NCBI GenBank assembly: GCA_027490975.1
Contig: JAIXXA010000132.1
Location: 17,253-81,252, forward strand
Direction of reading: 5' to 3'
DNA length: 64,000 nucleotides
DNA from: Rhodospirillaceae bacterium
Lineage (GTDB): Bacteria > Pseudomonadota > Alphaproteobacteria > CACIAM-22H2
Positions within the stretch are counted from its first letter, which is position 1. The number at the start of each line of letters is the position of its first letter. A program made the translations under genes and the position numbers. The notes under the pieces are model-generated. The model did not search any database and was not told the DNA's origin. It saw nothing but the letters and a program-made list of their open reading frames with translations. Shown one piece after another: positions 18,640 to 26,737 of this stretch.

Positions 18640-20459
18640 AACCGCTTTGCGTGCGCGTCGTCAACGGCCGCGACTGCAGCGACCGCGGCTATCGGCAGCT
18701 CGACACGAAAATGCGAACCGTGGCCAGGTATGGAGTGGGCCGATACGCTGCCGCCCATCTCTTTCATGAGACCGGCGACGACGGCTAGACCGAGCCCAGC
18801 CCCGCCGAAGCGCCGCGTATTCCCCGTCTCGACTTGGTGGAACGGCTCAAAAATGCGCGCCAGTTGATCGGACGGAATTCCGATTCCGCTATCGTCAATC
18901 CCGACCGAAACATGGGTACGGCTCTGCGCCAGCACCACGCGGACCTCGCCTTCGTGCGGCGTAAATTTGATTGCGTTCTCGATGAGGTTGACGACCACCT
19001 GGCGGAAAGCGACGGGGTCGCCGAGCGCCAAATCGACCACGTCTTCGCGCAAGAAATCGACCGAAACGTTACGCTTTATCGCGATCGGACGAAGTATACC
19101 AAGGGCCGCTTCGATCTCGATCTTGACGTCGAACGCGACACGAGCAAGGGGCAGATGCCCCTGCTCAAGACGCACCGTATCGAGCAACCGGTTGATGAGT
19201 TCAAGCAGATGCGCACCCGACTGATGGATGTCGCGGACATACTGCGCTTGACGCGGCACAAGTGCCCCGCCGCCAATTCCCAGCTTCAGCATTTCGGTGA
19301 ACCCGATAATGGCATTGAGCGGTGTGCGCAACTCGTGCCCAAGCCTGCCGAGAAACTCGCCTTTCGCCGCATTCGCGCGCGCCAAGGCACTTGCCTGCGC
19401 GCGCAGATCGCGGTTTGCGGAACTTAAGCGTCGCGTGCGGACGAGCACGGCGCGCTTGAGCGCGCGCCGCTCGCCCAGCACGCGCGCCACGGCAAAGCCG
19501 GCCAGCATAGAAAGTACAATGCCCAACAAGCCAATCCAGAACGGCTCCGACTGCTCGAGAGCCTCCGAACTCGTCCGAACGCGCCAGAGGCGCCCCGCAA
19601 AATCGATACGGCGCTCGACGATATCTTCTTCCGGCGAGCCGCCCATTGCGAGCACAAGCCTGGGTGCTGTGCCGTTCGGAACGGTTCCGATATCCTCGAT
19701 CAGCAGCTTGAGACTGGTGCCCGAGACCGAACGCAAGGAGGGCACCAGCAGCCGTTCGATCGTGATTCCCATCGCAACCAATCCGAACGGACGGCCATTG
19801 GCGACGACAGGATGCAGCACCAGTACGCCGGGATTGCCGGTGTCAGCATCCTGCGTCAGCACCACGGGGGCCGAGGCTTGCGGGCGGCCTGTCGCAAAAG
19901 CGCGTTCGCCTGCCGCACGCCGATCAGCATTAGAATAAAAGTCGAAATTGTAGACTCTGGCATTGCCGATAGGTGGCTCGACAAGTACGACCGGTGCATA
20001 AACGTCGCGCGATCCCTCTGGCCACGGCAGGAACGTGGGATAACCGAGTGCCGCTCGCGATGTATCGCCTGCCTTTTCGGCAACGAGCTCGGCCAGTTGC
20101 GCGCCATCGACCAGTGGCGCAAAGGCCAATGCGCGGACCGAAGGAAGCAGATCTAGAATCCGCAATGTCGAGACGAAGTCGCGATAGGCGACCGCATCCG
20201 TCTGCGGGACGGCCCCGAGTTTTGCGGCAACCGACGACTGAAAGGCGAGCGCCATGTCGATTTCGCGCTGGATGCTGAGAACCACGCGGTCGGCGACGCG
20301 TTCTGCGCGCGTCCGTTGTTCCCTGGCAGCGACCGCAAGAAGGTCGGCATAGAGCCACCCAGTCAGCAAAAGGCCGACGGCGGCGGCGATGCCCCCCCAC
20401 AAGCCGGGGTGGTTCTGCCATCGCCGAAACGGTCGCCGCAAGAAATCGAGCGCCGCCAT
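18636..20459 (-). CDS. Sensor histidine kinase with periplasmic CHASE domain
   Basis: 607 aa: N-terminal TM, extracytoplasmic CHASE-like region (YNFDFYSNADRR...), second TM, HisKA (LGHELRTPLNAIIGFTEML) and HATPase_c (GGAGLGLAVVAGL). 4-bp convergent overlap with the GMC gene. Confidence 0.85.
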   Translation of the reverse strand: MAALDFLRRPFRRWQNHPGLWGGIAAAVGLLLTGWLYADLLAVAAREQRTRAERVADRVVLSIQREIDMALAFQSSVAAKLGAVPQTDAVAYRDFVSTLRILDLLPSVRALAFAPLVDGAQLAELVAEKAGDTSRAALGYPTFLPWPEGSRDVYAPVVLVEPPIGNARVYNFDFYSNADRRAAGERAFATGRPQASAPVVLTQDADTGNPGVLVLHPVVANGRPFGLVAMGITIERLLVPSLRSVSGTSLKLLIEDIGTVPNGTAPRLVLAMGGSPEEDIVERRIDFAGRLWRVRTSSEALEQSEPFWIGLLGIVLSMLAGFAVARVLGERRALKRAVLVRTRRLSSANRDLRAQASALARANAAKGEFLGRLGHELRTPLNAIIGFTEMLKLGIGGGALVPRQAQYVRDIHQSGAHLLELINRLLDTVRLEQGHLPLARVAFDVKIEIEAALGILRPIAIKRNVSVDFLREDVVDLALGDPVAFRQVVVNLIENAIKFTPHEGEVRVVLAQSRTHVSVGIDDSGIGIPSDQLARIFEPFHQVETGNTRRFGGAGLGLAVVAGLMKEMGGSVSAHSIPGHGSHFRVELPIAAVAAVAAVDDAHAKRF

Positions 20460-20466
20460 GCAGAAC

Positions 20467-20790
20467 TCAAACCGCCCGGATTTTCGTCAGGAAACGCTCG
20501 ACGTCGCCGCGCAGGGCTTGCGCCTGCCCCGTCACCGTCTCGGCCGCCACGCGCGCGCGGTCGGCCGTCATGCGCGTTCCGGCGGCAGACTGCGTGACGC
20601 CCCCGACATTCGACGACATGTCCTGCGTGCCGACGGCGGCCTGCTGGACATTGCGCGAATCGGCGTAATCGCCCCATGCCCCCGCCGCGTGCATGACAAG
20701 CCTGCCGAACACGAGCAGCGAGAATACGGCGACTATTGAGACCAGTGAATTTCGCACGCCAGCGGTGCGATGAAGAGTAACAATCGCCAT
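20467..20790 (-). CDS. Small MCP-like protein or pseudogene remnant (one TM plus the C-terminal signalling-domain tail of a methyl-accepting chemotaxis protein)
   Basis: 107 aa. Residues 45-107 (VQQAAVGTQDMSSNVGGVTQSAAGTRMTADRARVAAETVTGQAQALRGDVERFL) resemble the extreme C-terminus of MCPs. Lies 8 nt upstream of the CHASE kinase start. Confidence 0.45.
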   Translation of the reverse strand: MAIVTLHRTAGVRNSLVSIVAVFSLLVFGRLVMHAAGAWGDYADSRNVQQAAVGTQDMSSNVGGVTQSAAGTRMTADRARVAAETVTGQAQALRGDVERFLTKIRAV

Positions 20791-20799
20791 CGGGGGGCT

Positions 20800-20960
20800 C
20801 CGTTCTTCGGGCGGATTGTCGAGGCTACCACGATTATGCTTTTCTGGTTAAAAACCGGTTATTTGGTTAATCAAATTCGGTGTTTATTTGCTTCAGATTT
20901 GTGAATTTCCAATCCATGCGAACTGCCCCACCACAAGAGCGGCAAGTTTCTCCGAACATA
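20800..20960. promoter_or_regulatory. AT-rich intergenic/regulatory region with TGGTTAA direct repeats flanking an AACCGGTT palindrome
   Basis: About 40% GC in a 67% GC genome. TGGTTAAaaACCGGTTatttGGTTAA at 20845-20870. Sits between the MCP-like ORF / CHASE kinase and the Gfo-TPP-Ldh2 operon. Confidence 0.35.
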
Positions 20961-21064
20961 CTTTTGTAAGTCACCGAATACCGCGCATTTCTTCGACCGG
21001 GCCGGTTCCTTGACAGCCGCACACGCACATGCGCCGATAAGCGCAACAAGTTGGGGGAAACGTC

Positions 21065-22237
21065 ATGTCGGCAAATCGCATCCGCGCGCGCATCGGGCGG
21101 CGCCTGCGCCTCGGCTTCGTGGGCGGCAGCAGCTCGGCGATGATCGGGCCGGTGCACCGGCTCGCCGCCCGGCTCGACGATTTCTACGAGCCGGTTGCAG
21201 CCGCACTTTCGTCCGACCCGCAGCGCGGGCTTGCCGAAGGGACCGCCCTCGGGATCCCGCGCGTCTATCCGGATTTCGCCGCGCTCGTTGCCGGCGAAGC
21301 GGATCGCGCCGACAAGCCCGACGCGATCGCCATCGCGACGCCCAACGATCTGCATCGCGAACAAGCCTGTGCGGCCCTTGAAGCGGGCTATCCGGTGATC
21401 TGCGACAAGCCGCTTGCCAACGATCTGGCCGACGCGCGCGCGATCCAAGACGCCGTGCGGCGCACGGGCCTGCCCTTCGTGCTGCTGCACAATTATTCGG
21501 GCTATCCGATGGTGCGCGAGGCGCGTGCGGCCGTGGCGGCGGGCGAGCTCGGCAAGCTGCATCTCGCGCGCGTGAGCTATCTGCAAGGCAGCCTCGGCCA
21601 GTATGTCGAAGCGGATTACGACAATCTCAATCCGCGCCTCAAATGGCGCCTCGATCCCGCACGCGGCGGCAGCCATGTGATGGCCGACATCGGCACGCAT
21701 GCGCATCAATTGCTCGTCTACATAAGCGGCCGGCGCGTCGAGGCCGTGCGCGCGGATGTGGGCGCTTCGTTCGAAGCGCGCATTGCCGACGATACGGCAA
21801 GCGCGCTGCTGCGCCTCGAAGGCGGGGTGCGCGCAAGCTTCCTTGCAAGCAAAGCCGCGACGGGCGCCGAAAACGCGATTTCGATTGAGCTCTACGGCGA
21901 CAAAGGCGGGCTTGCCTGGGAGCATCGCGCGCCCAACGAACTCAAGATCATGCGCCCGCAAGCCGCGTTCGAGACGCGCACCCGCGGGCTTGCAAGCCTG
22001 CATCCGCTGGCGCAGCGCGCCGCGCGCATTTCGGCCGGCCACCACGAGGGCTTCTTCGAGGCCTTCGCCAATCTGATGTCCGATTTCGCCGACATTCTGG
22101 CCGCCCGGCTGCAGGGCCAATCCCCCGATCCGTTGGCGCTGCATATTCCGGGCATCGAAGACGGCGTTGCCGGAGCCGCCTTCGTCGAAGCGTGCGTGGC
22201 GTCGAGCCGCAGCGGCACGTGGCGCGATTGCGAATGA
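21065..22237 (+). CDS. Gfo/Idh/MocA-family NAD(P)-dependent oxidoreductase
   Basis: 390 aa. N-terminal Rossmann region RLRLGFVGGSS, then GYPVICDKP and the EKP-like motif region. The 500-aa antisense ORF 20867..22369 is an artefact. Confidence 0.85.
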   Translation: MSANRIRARIGRRLRLGFVGGSSSAMIGPVHRLAARLDDFYEPVAAALSSDPQRGLAEGTALGIPRVYPDFAALVAGEADRADKPDAIAIATPNDLHREQACAALEAGYPVICDKPLANDLADARAIQDAVRRTGLPFVLLHNYSGYPMVREARAAVAAGELGKLHLARVSYLQGSLGQYVEADYDNLNPRLKWRLDPARGGSHVMADIGTHAHQLLVYISGRRVEAVRADVGASFEARIADDTASALLRLEGGVRASFLASKAATGAENAISIELYGDKGGLAWEHRAPNELKIMRPQAAFETRTRGLASLHPLAQRAARISAGHHEGFFEAFANLMSDFADILAARLQGQSPDPLALHIPGIEDGVAGAAFVEACVASSRSGTWRDCE

Positions 22238-22283
22238 CGCCGAGGCTCGGATAGTCTCGGATGCGTCGAGGAGAACGGCCGAC

Positions 22284-23975
22284 ATGAACAATCCGAACGG
22301 GGCGGAAGCTTTCGTCAAACTTCTTTCCGCCCACAAGGTCGAGCACGTGTTCGGCCTGTGCGGCGACACGAGCCTGCCGCTCTACGACGCGCTGGCGCGC
22401 CTCGGCGGGCCGGGCGGCCATGGCATTTCCCACATCCTCACGCGCGACGAACGCTCGGCCGGCTACATGGCCGACACCTATGCGCGCCTCACCGGCAAGG
22501 TCGGCGTATGCGAAGGCCCGTCGGGCGGCGGCGCCACCTACATCCTGCCGGCCGTGGCCGAAGCCAACGAATCCTCGATCCCGATGCTCGCGGTCACGAC
22601 CGACATTTCGGTCTCCTCGCGCGGGCGCTACGTGCTGACCGAGCTCGACCAAGCAGCCTTGTTCAAGCCCGTGTCCAAATGGAACAAGGTCATCGACCGG
22701 GCCGGCGAAATTCCGGCAACGGTGCGCCGCGCCTTTCGCGAAGCCACGAGCGGCCGGCCTGGGGCCGTGCATCTGGGCCTGCCCTACGACGTGCAGAAAG
22801 ACCCCGTCGATGCCGCCGATGTTTGGGGCGAACCCCTCAATGCGGCGGCACCTTCGCATCGCGTCGCACCCGACGATGCCGCGATTGCAGCTGCCGTTGC
22901 GGCCCTCGCCAAAGCCAAACGCCCGGTCATCGTGGTCGGCGGCGGCGTCGTACTCGCGCATGCGGAAGCAGCCCTTGCGCGCGTGGCCGAAGCGCTCGAT
23001 GCCCCGGTGCTCACCACGATCTCGGGCCAAGGTTCGATCGCGGACGCGCATCCTTTGTCGGCCGGTGTGGTCGGCTCGAATGGCGGCACGATGCCGACGC
23101 GCGATCTCGTGGCTGAAGCCGATCTCGTGCTGTTCGTGGGCTGCCGCGCGGGCTCGGTCACGACCGAGCGCTGGCGCTTCCCGACGGCGGGCACGCCCAT
23201 CGTGCATATCGACGTCGATCCCGCCGTGATCGGGGCGATTTATGCGACGGCGGCGGGTGTGATCGGCGATGCGCGCCTTGCCCTCGACAAGTTGGCCGAT
23301 GCGCTGGGTGCCAAACGCAGCGGCGGCGATGCGGCCAGGCGTGTCGCCGCCGCGCGGGCGGCGCGCGAGGCTTCGTTCCTCGAATTGGCAAAATCCAACG
23401 CAACGCCGATCCGGCCCGAGCGTCTCGTGCACACGATGGCCGAATTGCTGCCCGAGGATGCCGTGATCGTCGCCGATCCCGGCACGCCGTGCCCGTATTT
23501 CTCGGCCTTCTATCCGAAGCGCCGCACCGGGCGCTGGTTCGTGACGAACCGCGCGCACGGCGCACTCGGCTATTCGCTGCCGGCCGTCGTCGGGGCCGCG
23601 ATCGCGCGCCCGGCCAGCAAATGCGTGGCCGTGATGGGCGACGGCAGTTTCGGCTTCGCCTGCGGCGAGATGGAGACGATCGCGCGGCTCGGCCTGCCGA
23701 TCACGCTCGTGGTCGTTTCGAACGCGGTCTATGGCTGGATCAAAGCCGGGCAGAAGACCGGCTATGGCGGCCGCTATTTTTCGGTCGATTTCAACCGCAC
23801 CGACCATGCGGCCGTGGCTTCCGCCTTCGGCCTCAAAAGCTGGCGCGTGGAAGATCCGGCCGATCTTGCGACCGCGCTCAAAGCCGCGTTCGAACATCCG
23901 GGTCCGACCTTGGTCGACGTGCTGTGCCAACCGCTGCACGAAGCCAAGGCACCCGTCAGCGAATGGGTGGCCTGA
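22284..23975 (+). CDS. Thiamine-pyrophosphate-dependent enzyme (acetolactate synthase / sulfoacetaldehyde acetyltransferase-like)
   Basis: ATG at 22284 (MNNPNGAEAFVKLLSAHKVEHVFGLCGDTSLPLYDAL). Has the three ALS-like domains including the TPP-binding GDGSF motif (VMGDGSFGFACGEMETI). Confidence 0.85.
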   Translation: MNNPNGAEAFVKLLSAHKVEHVFGLCGDTSLPLYDALARLGGPGGHGISHILTRDERSAGYMADTYARLTGKVGVCEGPSGGGATYILPAVAEANESSIPMLAVTTDISVSSRGRYVLTELDQAALFKPVSKWNKVIDRAGEIPATVRRAFREATSGRPGAVHLGLPYDVQKDPVDAADVWGEPLNAAAPSHRVAPDDAAIAAAVAALAKAKRPVIVVGGGVVLAHAEAALARVAEALDAPVLTTISGQGSIADAHPLSAGVVGSNGGTMPTRDLVAEADLVLFVGCRAGSVTTERWRFPTAGTPIVHIDVDPAVIGAIYATAAGVIGDARLALDKLADALGAKRSGGDAARRVAAARAAREASFLELAKSNATPIRPERLVHTMAELLPEDAVIVADPGTPCPYFSAFYPKRRTGRWFVTNRAHGALGYSLPAVVGAAIARPASKCVAVMGDGSFGFACGEMETIARLGLPITLVVVSNAVYGWIKAGQKTGYGGRYFSVDFNRTDHAAVASAFGLKSWRVEDPADLATALKAAFEHPGPTLVDVLCQPLHEAKAPVSEWVA

Positions 23976-23976
23976 C

Positions 23977-25029
23977 ATGCCCGCACTCGACAGAACCGAC
24001 ATCGAGATCGCCCCCGACCGGCTGCGCGCGTTTGCGCGTGCGCTTGTGGCCGCCGCCGGATCCGACGCAACCGAGGCGGCGTGCGTGGCCGACAATCTCG
24101 TCGAGGCCAATCTCTCCGGCCACGATTCGCACGGTGTGGGCATGCTGCCGATCTATTTGGATGCCGTGAAGCGCGGCAAGCTTGCGCTTGGTGCCACGCC
24201 CAAAATCGTCAGCGAGACGCTGGCGACGCTGGTCGTCGACGGCCAGCAGGGCTACGGCCAGACGATCATGCGCGCCGCCACCGACTTGCTGTGCGCCAAA
24301 GCGAAAACGGCGGGGGCCGCCGTGCTCGCCTTGCGCAACACCTTCCATATCGGCCGCGTGGGTGCGTGGGCCGAGCAGGCGGCAGCGCACGGGCTTGCCT
24401 CGTTTTTTGTGGTCGATGTGGCGGGCGTCGACGCCAAAGTCGCGCCGTTCGGCGGCATCGCCGGGCGGCTCGGCACCAATCCGATTTGCTTGGGCCTGCC
24501 GGTTCCCGGCTATCCGCCGATCGTCGCCGACATGGCGACGAGCCGCATTGCGGTCGGCAAAGTGCGCGTGGCGTTCAACAAGGGCGTGCCGGTCGCACCC
24601 GGCATCCTGATCGACCACGAGGGAAAACCCACGACCGATCCCGCAACGATGTACACGCAGCCCTCGGGCGCTTTGCTCGCAATGGCCGAGCACAAGGGCT
24701 ACGCGCTCTCGGCGCTCATCGAACTGTTTGCGGGCGCGCTCGGCGGCGGCGGAACCATCGCAACCTGGCAACCGAGCGAAACGCGCATCATCAACAACGC
24801 GATCGCGGTCGCGATCGATCCGGCGGCGTTGGGCACGGCCGAAACGGTCGCCGCCGAAGCCCAGAAGCTTGAAACATGGCTCAAATCCGGCCAGAGCGAC
24901 GTGATGCTGCCCGGCGAGCCCGAACGGCGCGCGCGCGCCAAACGTGCGGCTGCGATTCCGATCGATACTGGCAATTGGGGCCTGCTCGTCGAACTCGCCA
25001 AAAGCCTCGGCGTGGCCGTGCCCGCCTAG
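23977..25029 (+). CDS. Ldh2-family (malate/L-lactate dehydrogenase family 2) oxidoreductase, second paralog
   Basis: ATG at 23977, 1 nt after the TPP-enzyme stop. HGVGMLPIYL...NTFHIGRVGAW...ADMATSRIAVGKV motifs of PF02615. Confidence 0.85.
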   Translation: MPALDRTDIEIAPDRLRAFARALVAAAGSDATEAACVADNLVEANLSGHDSHGVGMLPIYLDAVKRGKLALGATPKIVSETLATLVVDGQQGYGQTIMRAATDLLCAKAKTAGAAVLALRNTFHIGRVGAWAEQAAAHGLASFFVVDVAGVDAKVAPFGGIAGRLGTNPICLGLPVPGYPPIVADMATSRIAVGKVRVAFNKGVPVAPGILIDHEGKPTTDPATMYTQPSGALLAMAEHKGYALSALIELFAGALGGGGTIATWQPSETRIINNAIAVAIDPAALGTAETVAAEAQKLETWLKSGQSDVMLPGEPERRARAKRAAAIPIDTGNWGLLVELAKSLGVAVPA

Positions 25030-25030
25030 C

Positions 25031-26023
25031 TCAGAACCAGCCGCGCTTCTTGAAATAGAGATAGGGCAGGATGGCGGAGGCGATCATGAAGCCGATCGCC
25101 ATCGGATAGCCGAAGCTCCAATCGAGCTCGGGCATCGACTTGAAGTTCATGCCGTAGACCGTGCCCACGAGCGTGGGCGGCATCAGCACGACCGAGACGA
25201 CCGAGAACAGTTTGATGATGCGGTTCTGCTCGATATTGATGAGGCCGAGCGTGGCATCGAGCAGGAAGTTCACTTTGCGGCTGTCGAAGTCCGCGTGTTC
25301 CATGAGCGAGGTCAAGTCGCGGTTGAGCGACTTGAAGCGCGCATGCATGTCTTTGGACTGTTTTTTGGTTTCGCCCTCGGCCGAAACGTCGAGGAAGCGA
25401 ACCACGCGCTGCAGGCCCAGCATGCTTTCGCGCGCAGTCGAGCACAGATCTTCGATGCGGCCGAGCTCGCGCAAGACGTCCTGCATCGATCGCTCCTGGG
25501 CCGCTTGCGCGGCCGGGCGCGCGCGATTGGCAAAGATCGTGCGCGAAATGCCGTCGAGGTCGGAACCGGCTTTTTCCAGAATGTCGGCGATGCGGTCGAC
25601 GAAGGCATCCATGAGGCCGATCATCGCCTCCTCGCCGTTCGCGCAACTGCCCGGCAGCCGCAGAAGGCGCGTGGCGAACTGCGTGACCGGGCGCGGGTCG
25701 TGGTAGCGCACCGTGACGAGGCAGCGATTGGTCAGCACGAAGGTGAAGGCATCGGCCGTGGGGTTCGGATCGTCGGCGCGCGCGAGGATCGTCGCGGTCA
25801 TGTAGAGGGCGCCGTTCTCCGAATAGAGCCGCGCCGAGGGTTCGATCTCGAGCATTTCGGCATGGGTCGGGATCGCCAGATTGAACGCCGCATCGACGCG
25901 TGCGCGGTCTTCCGGGGTCGGCGAATAAAGATCGATCCACAATGCCGCCGTCGGCACCGGATCGGACGCGCCGATTTCGCGTTTGACGATCGTGCCGTCC
26001 TGCGGGAGATAGGCGAAAATCAT
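25031..26023 (-). CDS. corA: CorA-family divalent cation transporter (second paralog)
   Basis: 330 aa ending in two TM helices with GMNF and MPEL motifs. Confidence 0.9.
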   Translation of the reverse strand: MIFAYLPQDGTIVKREIGASDPVPTAALWIDLYSPTPEDRARVDAAFNLAIPTHAEMLEIEPSARLYSENGALYMTATILARADDPNPTADAFTFVLTNRCLVTVRYHDPRPVTQFATRLLRLPGSCANGEEAMIGLMDAFVDRIADILEKAGSDLDGISRTIFANRARPAAQAAQERSMQDVLRELGRIEDLCSTARESMLGLQRVVRFLDVSAEGETKKQSKDMHARFKSLNRDLTSLMEHADFDSRKVNFLLDATLGLINIEQNRIIKLFSVVSVVLMPPTLVGTVYGMNFKSMPELDWSFGYPMAIGFMIASAILPYLYFKKRGWF

Positions 26024-26090
26024 GGCCGCTCAATTTCACACTTTGCGTCCGCGTGCAATCGCGGTGGGGCGCGAATCAAGATATAGCGAG

Positions 26091-26175
26091 TTACCCACAA
26101 CCTATTGTGTCTGGACCTTGACTTGGGCGACTCGATTGCTCACAATATGTTGTATTGCAAGTGGAGTTATCCACA
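26091..26175 (+). promoter_or_regulatory. gcrA promoter region with two DnaA-box-like motifs (TTACCCACA at 26091-26099; TTATCCACA at 26167-26175) and GANTC methylation sites (26073-26077, 26129-26133)
   Basis: Sequence shows one perfect and one 1-mismatch match to the DnaA box consensus TTATCCACA. The gcrA promoter in Caulobacter is DnaA-activated and CcrM (GANTC) methylation is cell-cycle relevant (established knowledge). Confidence 0.5.
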
Positions 26176-26223
26176 ACAGCTATGTCGAGCCGAAAAATCG
26201 GCAGTAAATCAAGGGGATGCGCA

Positions 26224-26709
26224 ATGGATTGGACGCCAGAGCAAATTTCAGACCTGACCCGCTTGTGGGGCGAGGGTCTGACGACGGCTGAAATCGGCAA
26301 GCGCCTGGGCATTTCCAAGAATGCGGTCGTGGGCAAGGCCCATCGCCTGCACCTGCCCGCCCGCCCGTCGCCGATCAAGCGCACGGGCCCGCGCCCGGCG
26401 GTTTACCGCCCGGCGACGCCGCGCCAGCCCGCCGCCCCGCGCGCGCCCCAAGCGCCGCGCGAGCCACGCGCGCCCTCGCAATCCGCGCAGACGAGTGCGG
26501 CCGCTTTGCGCGCCCTTGCCAACCAGCCTTCGGCCAAGCGCTTGCCGATGATGGCGCTGTCGGCCAGCACCTGCCGCTGGCCGATCGGCGATCCGGGCGA
26601 CACCGAATTCCATTTCTGCGGCGAGCGTTCGCTCGACGGCAAGCCCTACTGCTCGGCGCATGCCTCGATCGCCTACGTCAAGATGAAGCCGCGGACCGAA
26701 GCCGCCTGA
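26224..26709 (+). CDS. gcrA: Cell-cycle transcriptional regulator GcrA
   Basis: ATG at 26224 with AAGGGGA upstream. MDWTPEQISDLTRLWGEGLTTAEIGKRLGISKNAVVGKAHRLHLPARPSP, Pro/Ala-rich linker and C-terminal CSAHASIAY are the GcrA hallmarks (alphaproteobacteria-specific). Confidence 0.9.
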   Translation: MDWTPEQISDLTRLWGEGLTTAEIGKRLGISKNAVVGKAHRLHLPARPSPIKRTGPRPAVYRPATPRQPAAPRAPQAPREPRAPSQSAQTSAAALRALANQPSAKRLPMMALSASTCRWPIGDPGDTEFHFCGERSLDGKPYCSAHASIAYVKMKPRTEAA

Positions 26710-26737
26710 GACGGCGGTCTTCGCCTGCCCACGGCCC

